In this document: positions 49,560-61,385 of the stretch, piece by piece | How positions within the stretch are numbered: position 1 is the stretch's first letter | Layout of the letters: each line of letters opens with the position of its first letter | Origin: Squalus acanthias | Taxonomy: Eukaryota | Length of the DNA stretch: 64,000 nucleotides | Direction of reading: 5' to 3' | Assembly (NCBI GenBank): GCA_030390025.1 | Contig: CM059432.1 | Coordinates: 5,394,001 to 5,458,000 of the forward strand | Program-made: the position numbers and the translations under genes | Notes under the pieces: generated by a model | The model's input: only the letters and a program-made list of their open reading frames with translations | Databases searched by the model: none | What the model was told of the DNA's origin: nothing

Positions 49560-51285
49560 GGGCTGGATTTTCCGGGGGGGGTTTCAGTGGGCGCGATCGG
49601 TGGCGGGTCAGGTGGGAAAATGTTTTTTTCCCCCCAGCGGGTCAGGACCCCGCTGTGAACCCGCCACCACGCGCCTTTACCAAATGTCGGGTCTGCCAGC
49701 GCTGAGCAGACCCGACACACAGTGGCGGGGGCGGCAATTACAATCATTAGTGGCTTATTTACAGCCAATTATCAATGGTTTTTCCCCAGCTTTTTGGATT
49801 TGACAGGTCACCCACCGGTTTCCCGCTGTGCCTAGACCTCGTCTGTGAAGCTGAGGCGGGAGGTCAGTGGCCATTGAATCAGCTGATGATTTGACAGCTT
49901 CAAATGTCAAGTCAAAGCTCCCAGCTGATTGAGAAATGTTCCCTTAGCCGCTAGCTTCTCTAAACTGCATTTCCACTACAGATTCAGGATGCTGCAAGTC
50001 TTTACACAAGTCTCCATCCAGTCTGACCTCATTACCTCTCCCACCATTGACAGATCGCTTCTGTCATCTCTACTTCACCTGCCATCTATTCCACCAGCAT
50101 GGGTGCCCTTGAAACTCTCTCACCTTGGTCCTCAGAATCAAACCACGATCAGCCCCAACACCAGCATCACCGGGCACACCAGCAGCACCAACATCAACAC
50201 CAACCTTCTCCGCAATCACCTGATGCTGCACAGGACACAGGGCATCAGCACCCGACCACATTGCTGCCCAGAAGGTCAGGGATGGCCTCATCATGGCCAG
50301 ATTTACTTCACTTGACGCTGTACACCCTGGCTGCCACATCATGTGCCAGGTTGGCACCACCCCACACCAACACCATAAAGCATCCCTACAATGCCCAAGC
50401 CATTCCTTTCACACTCACCACCATTGCGGGGGGTACCGTTATGTCTCACCATTCACTGCAACTGACTAAGACACTTCCAACGGTGCACACAAATCTGTCC
50501 AAGAACGCAAAGAGTTGAAAATAAAGTTTTCAATGTTTGACACCACATTAACAGAAACTTTACATGAACATTGCATAAAACACCCAAGTGTTTACCCTTG
50601 TGTGTTGTTAGTTGGTATGATTGGACTAGGATGAGGGTGAGTGTGAGGGGTGGCTAGTGAGATGGAAAAGTGATAATATAGATAGAGAGGGATGGATGGA
50701 GGTGCAAGGTAAGTTGGTGTGAGTAAGGATGTGCAGGAGTAGGGTAGGGAAGGCAGAGTGATGGGGATGTGATGAGAGGCACAGCAGGATAAGGTTGAGT
50801 GTGGCTTTGTACTAACATTTTGTGATCTATTGCACTGCACCCAGGCCTTCCTGACCACATCCCTGCTTGTGCCCTCCTCTGCAATGTGCAACCAGGCTGT
50901 GTTGGTCTCCTGGGGAGGTCTCTTCCGCCCATGGGAAGGGGAGAGGACCTCCCTGCGTGCTGTGACTCCCTCCATAAGCAAATGGAGGGAGCCATTGGAG
51001 AGCCTGGGTGCAGCCCTGTGCCTCTGTGCAGCGCTTGTCGGTGTTTGCAGCACCTCAATGCTGTAGAACACCGACAGCACAAATGTCAAACTAAAGTTGG
51101 CCGTGGTCCCTTTAAGGAAACCGGCTGATGGTGCGTCATGAATGATGTCACCAGACCCGCTTCCTCTAATTGGCCGGGAAAATGCGCTGGGCGGGGCTTA
51201 ACAAGCCCAATCAGGGGAAATTCATTCCAGAGGCCGGGATGGAGCCGGCACCGGGGTCGTCGCCGAGGTTCGTAAAATCCAGCCC
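49560..51285. mobile_element. Harbinger deletion derivative with Myb/SANT remnant
   Basis: TIRs GGGCTGGATTTT / AAAATCCAGCCC, 3-bp TSD GAA on both sides, internal minus-strand Myb/SANT-like peptide. Confidence 0.85.
50825..51035 (-). pseudogene. Myb/SANT-like DNA-binding protein remnant (Harbinger accessory ORF)
   Basis: RAAPRLSNGSLHLLMEGVTARREVL...AWLHIAEE...RKAWVQC fits the trihelix Myb/SANT pattern (R.PRFS..L...V..R...L...AW..IA...R...QC). Confidence 0.75.
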
Positions 51286-51647
51286 GAAAGGGTGGGGAAG
51301 GTTATCTCACTCACTGCACCTATCAAAGGTATGGGATACGGAAGCACTGGAGGAGGGGCGGTGTGCTCCATCCGAGCTAAAGGTTGATATTAGTGTCGAG
51401 TCAAGATGGATGGTAGCAGTAAGAGCGCACCGTGCAGTTCCGGTGCCAAAGAAAAATCAATTCTCCAGCACTTTTATCCAACGCTGTGATCCATCACCAT
51501 GATATATACACAGATGTGCACAAAATATATAATAATTAGCATTAATATTGGGAATCATGGAAGAGATAAGTGTGACTCACTAAGTACGTACGTCTTGGTG
51601 ATCAGTGGTTTGGGAGATAAAAATACCGGCCATACTGACCAATAAAT

Positions 51648-52960
51648 TCTTGACAGGGTAGATGCTGAGAGGCTGTTTCCCCCTGGCTGGAGAGTCTAGA
51701 ACCATGGGGCATAGACTCAGGATAAGTGGTCCACTGAAGCGTACAAGAGCATGGGCCTTACACTAAACATCCATAAGACAAAGGTCCTCTACCAACCTGC
51801 CCCCGCCACACAGTACTGCCCCCCGATTATCAAAATCCATGATGAGGCCTTGGACAACGTGGACCACTTTCCATACCTTGGGAGCCTACTGTCAACAAGG
51901 GCAGACGTCGATGACGAAGTCCAACACCGGCTTCAGTGTGCCATTGCAGCCTTCGGTCGCTTGAGGAAGAGAGTGTTTGAAGACCAGGACCTCAAACCCA
52001 GACCCAAGCTCATGGTCTACAGAGCAGTAGTGATACCCGCCCTCCTGTATGCTTCAGAGACATGGACCATGTACAGCAGGCACCTCAAAGCACTGGAGAG
52101 GTACCACCAACGCTGCCTCCGCAAGATCCTGCAAATCCATTGGCAGGATAGGCGCACCAATGTCAGTGTTCTCACTCAGGTCAACATCCCCAGCATCGAA
52201 ACTTTGACCACGATCGATCAGCTCCGATGGACGGGCCACATCGTCTGCATGCCCGATACGAGACTCCCAAAGCAAGCGCTCTACTCGGAGCTCCGACACG
52301 GCAAGAGAGCCCCAGGTGGGCAGAGGAAACGCTTCAAGGACACCCTCAAAGCCTCCTTGAAAAAGTGCAACATCCCCACCGACACCTGGGAATCCCTGGC
52401 CCAAGACCGCACAAAGTGGAGGAGAAGCATCCGGGAAGGCGCCGAACACCTCGAGTCTCTTCGCCGGGAGCAAGTGGAAGCCAAGCGCAAACAGCGGAAG
52501 GAGCGCACGTCAACCCAAGCACCCCACCCACCCGCCCCTTCAACCACCGTCTGCCCCACCTGTGACAGAGACTGTAGGTCCCGCACTGGACTCATCAGTC
52601 ACCTGAGAACTCATTTTTAATGTGGAAGCAAGTCATCCTCGGTTCCGAGGGACTGCCTAAGAAGAAGAATAGTCTCAGGATAAGGAGTCGGGCCATTTAG
52701 GACTGAGATGAGGAGAAATTTCTTCACTCAGAGGGTGGTGAATCTTTGGAATTCTCTACCCCAGAGGGCTGTGGATGCTCAGTCGTTGAGTATATTCAAG
52801 ACGCAGATCGATAGATTTTTGGACACTCAGGGAATCAAGGGATATGGGGATCGGGCAGGAAAGAGAAACTGATGTAGAACTTCAGCCGGGACCTTATTGA
52901 ATGGCGGAGCAGGCTCGAGGGGCCGTATGGCCGACTCCTGCTCCTATTTCTTATGTTGTT
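51648..52960 (+). mobile_element. CR1 3' fragment split by an RTE insertion
   Basis: CR1 sequence 51648-51731 resumes at 52669. Confidence 0.85.
51732..52668 (+). mobile_element. 5'-truncated RTE-clade LINE; open ORF 51751-52620
   Basis: GLTLNIHKTKVL...FPYLGS...LLYASETW...LRWTGH...RLPKQALY...GGQRKRFKD, C-terminal C2H2 (CPTC...HLRTH), (AAG)n tail, ~21-bp TSD. Confidence 0.92.
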
Positions 52961-53299
52961 ATGTGTCAGTTTTGATGCATAGGTGGTTCGCACAATACCC
53001 GATGCTGAAATGCTAACTGGGAATGAGCCATAACAATTAAGGCCATTGGTTGTCTTGCCAACCACCGACCGGCATTACTGTCTCCATGTTGAAAGGCAGG
53101 CTGCAGGTGTCCTGCCTGCAGATGACAAAGCTCTGTCAGCTGACCTGTACCAAGGTGAGACAGTTGTCCTGGGCCATTGGTAAATAGGTAGGCCAAGGTC
53201 TGCAGAATGGCCTTCTGATATACCAGGTATGCATCTTGTACCATCTCCTCCATAAGATTGAGGTGCTTTACAAACAGATATAACTTGTTTAAAAAAAAA

Positions 53300-53769
53300 A
53301 GGAAAGTCTTGCATTTATATAGCGCCTTTCACGACCTCAGGACGTCCCAAAGCGCTTTACAGCCAATGAAGTAATTTTTGAAGTGTAGTCACTGTTGTAA
53401 TGTGGGAAACGCAGCAGCCAATTTGCACACAGCAAGCTCCCACAAACAGCAATGTGATAATGACCAGATAATCAGTTTTTAGTGATGTCGGTTGAGGGAT
53501 AAATATTGGCCCCAGGACACCGGGGAGAACTCCCCTGCTCTTCTTTGAAATAGCGGCCATGGGATCTTTTACATCCACCTGAGAGCGCAGATGGGACCTC
53601 GGTTTAACGTCTCATCCGAAAGACGGCACCTCCGACAGTGCAGCACTCCCTCGGTATCTGCACTGGGAGTGTCCGCCTAGATTATGCGCGTAAGTCCCTG
53701 GAGTGGGGAGCTTGAACCCACGACCTTCTGTCTCAGAGGCGAGAGTGCCGCCCACTGAGCCACGGCCGA
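53300..53769 (-). mobile_element. Full-length Deu-domain SINE
   Basis: Complete reverse copy. Confidence 0.9.
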
Positions 53770-54419
53770 CAAGAAAAATCAGCGGGAAGAAAAGGCGAGG
53801 AAAAACCAACCAGGGTTCGAGCTGCTGGCTGCTTCCCGGTAACTCCAGTCTGACTGTGTAAGCACTGGGTGAGACCAGGATTGAGTTTTTGCTGTGATGT
53901 GTTCCAGTCAGACAGACTGCCAGCACTCACTGTTTAGGCTCTCGCAGGAAGAATGCTCATTTGGATGAAGCACTGGAAGGCTGCCGGTATCTGTGGAACG
54001 CGGTGTGCCAATTCATCAGCAACGTCGAGCGAGCTGGGAAAAATTGAGGGGAGAGAGCTTTCAACTACAGCCGCACTTTACTGACTGTTATAGTGTTTGT
54101 GCTTTGTTTCGGCCATTCGCCCCATTGTAACTTACCCTAGTTTTAACGAAAAGAAGTATAAAGTCATTGATGCATGAAGGACCGAGGGTTAATTTGATCT
54201 GGGAACGCTCACTAGTTTTGCAGGGATAGGCGCTGAAAATCTGTGGGCTTGCAAACCCAGCAGCACGGTGCCTGCGGGAGTACTCTACCGCTGATCCTGA
54301 CGGACTTTCTGGGGTCGGGGGAGGGGTGGGGGGGGACGGTGTCCTCGCGTGCAAATCAGCGGCAGTCACCTGCGCATCCATGGACATGTTTAGGCTGACC
54401 GCCTGGAGGCTGCAAGGTG

Positions 54420-54572
54420 CTGTTTGTGGGAGCTTGCTGTGCGCAAATTGGCTGCCGCGTTTCCCCAGATTACAACAGTGACGACACGCGTCAAATGTAC
54501 TTCACTGGCTGTAAATGCGCTTTGGGACGTCCTGAGGTCGCGAAAGGCGCTGTCTAAAATGCAAATCTTTCT
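54420..54572 (+). mobile_element. Deu-domain SINE 3' fragment
   Basis: Tail portion only. Confidence 0.8.
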
Positions 54573-55300
54573 TGTTTCGCTTCCATAAGTCGCAGCGCTT
54601 TCCAAGTCATTCCTGAGGCAGAGCACTTGAGAGGTTTTGAAGTGAATGTATGAATGCAAATATTGTTACTATTTACAACCTATATTATTTTTAGTACTGG
54701 CCTGTCCGGAATGGACGTACCACAGGTCGTCCGTCAACCTTGCGCTCCCGGTGGGAAGTCTGACACCCATCAGGAAACCCGGTCACTTGCTCTGCGCGGT
54801 TTCCCAAACCCAAGGCCCAGAAACCCGCGGGCTGTACGTCTCAGTGTAAGTTGTGGGATGTGCTCCCCTTTGACCTCTCGTTTGTCAGCGATGAGGGAAA
54901 GCGCTCTGTTCGAATATGGCGGGTGCGCGGCCACACCACTAGGGGGGCACATCTTGTGCGCCAGCCTGTGGCTGTCCCTGTTAGAAACTGGAATGCTCCT
55001 GTCTAGGGTGTTGGGGTAGACAGGGCCACGATCCAGGACGAGACCCCCGGGGTCTGGCCCCACATTCGCCGTTTGGCAGGGCCGCACGCCTGGCTTTATC
55101 CAGTGTACCGGCCAGCCAATATCCCGCCAGACCAGGGTGCTGGAACTTCTGTCCTGGAAGCTTTAGGCTCGTGTGGAACATACATACCGGCATGGACCAG
55201 TTGGGCCGAATGGCCTGTTTCTGTGCTGTACTTTCGATGTCCCTGGCCACACTCCCTCCTAAGCCACTGCAAGGGGCTGTGATATATCAGCCCATTGTAG

Positions 55301-55915
55301 GGTACAATAGCGTAGTGGTTATGTTACTGGACTTGCAATCCAGGGGCCTGGACTAATGATCCAGAGACATCATTAGTCTCCTCCCCTGCTCTCTCCCCAC
55401 CTTCCCGTCCCCTCCACTTGCTCTCCTCCTCCTCCCTCCCCTGCTCTCTCCCCACCTTCCCGTCCCCTCCACTTGCTCTCCTCCTCCCCCCCTCCCCTGC
55501 TCTCTCCCCACCTTCCCGTCCCTACAAGAGTTCAAATCCCACCACGGCAGCTGGGGAATTTAAAATCAGTTAATTAAATAAATCTGGAATTAAGAAGCTA
55601 GTATCAGTAATGGTGACCATGAAACTACCGGATTGTCATAAAAACCCATCTGGTTCACTAATGTCCTTACCTGGTCTGGGCTATATGTGACTCCAGACCT
55701 ACAGCAATGTGGTTTGACTCTTAACTGTTCTCTGAGCAAACCACTCGGTTGTACCAAACCACTACAAGGAAGTATACGCACTGTGGGAGTACCTTCACCT
55801 CATGGACTGCAGCGGTTCAAGAAGGCGGCTCACCACCACCTTCTCAAAGGCAATTAGGGGATGGACAATAAATACTGGCCTTGCCAGTGACGCCCACATC
55901 CCGTGAATGAATAAA
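55301..55915 (+). mobile_element. Second tRNA-headed SINE family sharing the tail of the 25140 LINE
   Basis: A-box-like TAGCGTAGTGG, B-box GAGTTCAAATCC, 3' end gggcaattaggggatggacaataaatactggccttgccagtgacgcccacatccc. Confidence 0.75.
55377..55523. repeat. C/T-rich minisatellite (~57-bp unit, ~2.6 copies) inside the SINE head
   Basis: ctcccctgctctctccccaccttcccgtccc occurs three times. Confidence 0.85.
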
Positions 55916-56164
55916 CAGAAAAATAAAATCACGCTTAATTAAAACGGTCAGGAAATCATGCACAGTGCGAGCCTGAATTTCCAATATCTCTCGCCCAGGA
56001 GAGTGAGGCTCCCTGTCTGGAATGTGAGGTCGGAAAATTACCTGCATTATCTTCAAGTTGGAGGCTGAACCATTAACAGCTAAACGCTCTTCCAATCTGC
56101 CATAGGAGGTGCCCCAGGGCACACCTCAATGCCTGTCTCTCCAAGAACATTTTTAAAATTCATT

Positions 56165-56628
56165 CACAGTGCTGTTAGGGAGGGAGTTCCAGGATTTTGA
56201 CCCAGCGACAATGAAGGATCGGCCCGATATATTTCCAGGTCAGGATGGTGTGTGACTTGGAGTGGAACTTGGAGGTGGTGGTGTTCCCATGCGCCTGCCG
56301 CCCTTGTCCTTCTAGGTGGAAGAGCTCGTGGGTTTGGAAGGTGCTGCCGAAGAAGCCTTGGCGAGTTGCTGCAGTGCATCTTGTAGATGGTACACACTGC
56401 AGCCACGGTGCGCCGGTGGTGGAGGGAGTGAGTGTTTAAGGTGGTGGATGGGGTGCCGATCAAGCGGGCTGCTTTGTCCTGGATGGTGTTGAGCTTCTTG
56501 AGTGTTGCTGGAGCTGCACTCATCCAGGCAAGTGGAGAGTATTCCATCACACTCCTGACTTGTGCCTTGTAGATGGTGGAAAGGCTTTGGGGAGTCAGGA
56601 GGCGAGACACTCGCCACAGAATACCCAA
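56165..56628 (-). mobile_element. Second CR1-group LINE fragment
   Basis: LGILWRVSRLL...IYKAQVRSVMEYSPLAWMSAA; same family as 25140. Confidence 0.82.
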
Positions 56629-56949
56629 CATTGCAGAGCTGATTAATGTTAATGATGGGTTAGACAGCTGAAGTACTGCCCAGGGCAACTGGTGCAGCCA
56701 GTTCACGGTCACCTGCAATCCTGCTGATCTATTAGCCAGGGCTTACGAGTAAGTAGCGCTATTTGGAGGATCGGTGGTCTTCACAGTGTCTGACAGGTTT
56801 GAGATGTGACCCTTGCAACGCACAAGACTTAAGATCCTAGATTTTGGAAGGAGGCGCGATCTGCACCAGATGTGTGACAGAGTGGGACATCCGCCTGCCT
56901 GACCTCGTGCAGTGCCGTCCCCACCGTGACTTCCAGGATCAGCCTCATT

Positions 56950-57580
56950 TTACATAGAATTGCACAGAAAGTACAACACCGAAAGAGGCCATTCGGCCCA
57001 ACTGGTCCGTGCTGGTGTTTATGCTCCATGTGAGCCTCCCCCCCCCCTCTTCATCCCACCCCATCAGTAAGTAATCGGTAGAAGGATTAGACGGGAGTTG
57101 AGGAGAACTTTTTTCACCCAGAGGGTTGTGGGGATCTGGAACTCACTGCCTGAAAGGGTGGGAGAGGCAGAAACCCTCATCACATTTAAAAAGTACTTGG
57201 ATATGCACTTGAAGTTCCATAACCTGCAAGGCTACGGACCAAGAGCTGGAAAGTGGGATTGGGCTGGATAGCTCTTTTTCGGCCGACTCAGACACGATGG
57301 GCCGAATGACCTCCTTCTGTGCCGTAAATATCTATGATTCTATGAACATATCCTTCTATTCCTTTCTCCCTCATGTGTTTATCCAGCCTCCCCTTAAATG
57401 CATCTATGCTATTCGCCTCAACCACTCCCTGTGGTAGCGAGTTCCACATTCTCACCACTCTCTGGGTAAAGAAGGTTCCCCGATTGGATTTATTGGTGTC
57501 TATCTTGTATTTATCCCTAGTTTTGGACTCCCCCCCTCCCCCCCCACCCCCCACAAGTGGAAACATCTTCTCTACATCAT
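56950..57580. mobile_element. Nested CR1 3' fragments (plus copy ~57070-57345 inside a minus copy)
   Basis: The minus tail at 56950-57067 resumes at ~57346 after an opposite-strand CR1 end. Confidence 0.78.
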
Positions 57581-57789
57581 TTGAATAGTTAGCTTGGGCT
57601 TTGGAAAGACCTGTCACTGGGGAGCTTGCCCACCTGGTCGCAGACAATACCCCGCTGCAGCAGCTTAAAGGACCAGACGTCATCACAATCCTTTTGGCTG
57701 AATCGAGGGAATATCGGCTCGTAAAAATGTCTGGACTGCTGCAGAGTCCGCTGATATGTGGATTCTGAGGTGGAAATACGACTGCAGGA

Positions 57790-58392
57790 GGTTAGTCCGT
57801 AAGGGTGACCCCGAGCTTCCGGTCGCCTGTCATTTTAATTCACCGCTCCACGCCCACTCTGACCTCACCGTCCTCGGCCTCGTGCATTGTTCCACGGAAG
57901 CTCAGCGTAAGCTCGAGGAACAGCACCTCATCTTCCGATTAGGCACTTTACAGCCTTCCGGACTCAATATCGAGTTCAACAATTTCAGATCATAACCTCG
58001 GCCCCTACCACATATGTATACATTTTATCCACCCTTTTGGTTCGTGCCTTTTTCCTTTTTTTTCTCTCTCTCCCCCTACGGCAGCTGTCTCTCATTCTGC
58101 CAGCATTTCACACTTCTAGCCACCTTTTGTTTCTTAACCTGTCCTATTACCATCTCGTCTTGCCTTGAGCATCTCTTAATGTCTCTACTTACCATAGTGA
58201 TTCCTCCCCCCAGCCTCCCCCTTGCTTTTTTATCTGTTTCATTTCCTGCTTTTTTCTCAGTTCTGACGAAGGGTTTCGACCTGAAACGTTAACTCTGTTT
58301 CTCTCTCTCCACGGATGTTGCCTGGCCTGCTGAGTTTTTCCAGCGTTTCCTGTTGTTGTTTCAATTTTCCAACATCCGCAGTATTTTGCTAT
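57790..58392 (+). mobile_element. Penelope-like element 3' end: GIY-YIG C-terminus plus pLTR
   Basis: VRKGDPELPVACHFNSPLHAHSDLTVLGL...RKLEEQHLIFRLGTLQPSGLNIEF* is a characteristic PLE endonuclease tail, followed by a pyrimidine-rich spacer and hammerhead-containing terminus. Confidence 0.88.
58259..58294 (+). ncRNA. Minimal type I hammerhead ribozyme motif with intact core
   Basis: AGTT (stem I) CTGACGA - AGGGTTTCGACCT (stem II) - GAAA - CGTT (palindromic AACGTT, GUU triplet) - AACT (stem I). Confidence 0.72.
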
Positions 58393-58584
58393 CGTAGAAA
58401 GAAAGAACTTGCATTTACACAGCTGCTGTTTCCCAGAGTGGCCGGCGCGATTTTAAGCGCTTTCATGGTGGTTTTATTTCAAGCCTTCGTGAATGGGAAG
58501 GTGGATGTTGCTCCTGATTTTATTTTTCCCATCTCACGGAGCACGGTGGCATCATGGCAAATGGTGGGCGAGAAGCGCATGAGG

Positions 58585-59895
58585 ACCCCACTATTTAAAA
58601 AAGGAGGGAGAGAGAAAACAGGGAACTACAGACCGGGTTAGCCTAACATCAGTAGTAGGGAAAATGCTACAGTCTATTATAAAGGATGTGATAACAGGAC
58701 ACTTAGAAAATATCAACGGGATTAGACAAAGTCAACATGGATTTATGAAAGGGAAATCGTGTTTGACAAACCTACTGGAGTTTTTTTTGAGGATGTAACT
58801 GGTAGAGATAGAGGATCAGCCATGATCACATTGAATGGCGGAGCAGGCTCGAAGGGCCGAATGGCCGACTCCTGCTCCTATTTCTCTATGTTTCTATGAC
58901 CCCTCCCACCAGCTCCTCTGATGCCTGCGCATGTGGCAGAAAGAAGGCAGGGCAACTGCAGTAGCACAAGGCTCGGAGCCTGCAGCAAGCCTATACTAGG
59001 ACTCAACTGCTGCGAGGCAAAGGCCACCTCGGTCCCAACAGACTCCACTTGGCATCTTATATTTTTGAACGGTAAGGGAGTCAAGGGTTATGGGGAGCGG
59101 ACAGGGAAAGTGGGAGTTGAGGCCAAGACCAGATCAGCCATGATCTTATTGAATGGCGGAGCAGGCTCGAGGGGCCGAATGACCGACTCCTGCTCCTATT
59201 TCTTATGGTTCTTATGGCATATAATGATCAGTCACCTCATGCATTCCTGCCACTCTAATCGGAGAAGCACTAGATTAGAGTTAAGAGTTCATATTTCACA
59301 TTCACCACAGAATTTTTAGGCTTGTGTATTTATAGCCTGTAGCTCAAACATAGAGTCATACAACATAGAAGGAGGCCATTCGGCCCATCGTGCCTGTGCT
59401 GGCTCTTTGAAAGAGCTCTCCAATTAGTCCCACTCCCCCCTGCTCTTTTCCCACAGTCCTGCAAATTTCTCCTTTTCAAGTAATTTATCCAATTCCCCTT
59501 TTGAAAGTTACTATTGAATCTGCTTCCACCGCCCTTTCAGGCAGCGCGTTCCAGATCACAACAACTCACTGCGTAAAAAAATGTCTCCTCATCTCCCCTC
59601 TGGTTCTTTTGCCAATTACCTTAAATCTGTGTCCACTGGCTAATGACCCTCCTGCCCCTGGAAACAGTTTCTCCCGATGTACGCTATCAAAACACGACAT
59701 CATTTTGAACTCTGCTCTAAGGAGGACAATCCCAGCTTCTCCAGTCTTTCCACATAACTGAAGTCCCTCATCCCCGGAACCATTCTGGTAAATCTCCTCT
59801 GCAAACCCTCTCCAAGGCCTTGACATCCTTCCTAAAGTGCGGTGCCCAGAACTGGACACAATACTCCGGCTGAGGCCGAGCCAGTGATTTATAAA
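58585..59895. mobile_element. CR1 fragments: plus 58585-58897 (internally deleted), plus 59060-59215, minus 59350-59895
   Basis: TPLFKKGGREKTGNYRP joined to a tail; further tails and [14 protein letters not shown]. Confidence 0.82.
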
Positions 59896-60154
59896 CTGAT
59901 CTGTTATCTGTATTGAAGCAAATCTCTGAATGGTATCCATTTCTTCTCACATTCTATAAATTCTGTAATTTCTTGGAGACCATGTACAGGATATTTATAA
60001 CGTTCTATGATGTGTAGGTGATAATTAAATATATTAATATTGATTCATTAGGATTATTGAAAACAATTTGCATTCTCTTAAAAGGCCCTTGGGGATTGGA
60101 AAAGATCGGCTTTTGATCCGCGTTATTTACTGATCTATTCTTCTCTTCCACTAG

Positions 60155-60266
60155 CTGATCAATGGTGTGGTGCTGCTGATCTTACTGTCTGCACTCAGTG
60201 ACCCAGAACGGTACCATCTGCCCCGTGCTGAACTAGGCAGTGACTTCGACTTCACCGATGATGCCA
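60155..60266 (+). CDS. LAPTM4B: LAPTM4B second coding exon (112 nt)
   Basis: Polypyrimidine tract and TAG acceptor at 60152-60154, LINGVVLLILLSALSDPERYHLPRAELGSDFDFTDDA, GTAAGT donor at 60267. In frame with exon 1 and matches recalled IINAVVLLILLSALADPDQY...ELGGDFEFMDDA. Confidence 0.95.
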
Positions 60267-60370
60267 GTAAGTCCATAAGTTTGTTCATTGTCTCTCTCCC
60301 TCTCTCGCTACCTCCCCCCCCCCCCCCGCCCCCACCACCACCGCTCGCCTCACTCGCTTAATTGTCTTAA

Positions 60371-60800
60371 GTCAGCCGTGGCTCAGTGGGTAGCACCCTC
60401 GCCTCTGAGTCAGAATGGTTGCAGGTTCAAGTCCCACTCCAGAGACTTAAGCATAAAAATCTAGGCTGACACTCCCAGTGCAGTGCTGAGGGAGTGCTGC
60501 ACTGTCAGAGAGTGCCGTCTTTCAGATGAGATGTTAAACCGAGGCCCCGTCTGCCCTCTCAGGTGGACGTTAACGATCCTGTGGCACTATTTCGAAGAAG
60601 AATAGGGGGGAGTTCTCCCCGGTGTCCTGACCAATATCCCTCAATCAACATCGCTAAAATAGATTATCTGGTCATTATCACATTGCTGTTTGTGGGAGCT
60701 TGCTGTGTGCAAATTGGCTGCATTACAACAGTGACTGTACTTCATTGGCTGTAAAGTGCTTTGGGAAGTCCTGAGGTTGTGAAAGGTGCTATAGAGATGC
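60371..60800 (+). mobile_element. Deu-domain SINE
   Basis: A/B boxes, core and tail up to atgcaag. Confidence 0.88.
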
Positions 60801-61385
60801 AAGATATGTTGAACCTTTATAAAGCGCTGGTTAGGCCACAACTGGAGTATTGCGTCCAGTTCTGGTCACCACACTTTAGGAAGGATGTGAAGGCCCTTGA
60901 GAGAGTGCAGAGGAGATTTACCAGAATGGTTCTGGGGATGGGGGATCTTAGCTACAAGGACAGATTGGAGAAGCTGGATTTGTTTTCATTAGAGCAAAGG
61001 AGGTTGAGGGGTGATTTGATAGAGGTGTACAAGATTATGACGGGTTTGGATAGGCTAGACAGGGAAAGGCTGTTCCCACTAGTTGATGGTACAAGGACTA
61101 GGGGACACAGATTTAAGGTTTTGGGCAAGAGGTACAGGGGGGATGTGAGGAAAAACTTTTTTACACAGCGAGTGGTGAGGACCTGGAACTCACTGCTGAC
61201 GGAAGTGGTGGAAGCGGAGACACTCAATGTTTTCAAGGGGAGACTGGATAGGCACTTGAGGGAAATAAACTTGCAGGGCTACGGGGATAGAGCGGGGGAA
61301 TGGGACTGACTGGATTGCTCTACAGAGAGCCGGCACGGACTCGATGGGCCGAATGGCCTCCTTCTGTGCCGTTATGACTCTATAA
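60801..61385 (+). mobile_element. CR1 3' fragment
   Basis: MLNLYKALVRPQLEYCVQFWSPH...KNFFTQRVVRTWNSL. Confidence 0.92.

Noticed and set aside
36412..60266. Assignment to LAPTM4A
   Set aside because: YSNSCC, GVWY and exon 2 (VVLLILLSAL.DP..Y....ELG.DF.F.DDA) fit LAPTM4B as recalled.
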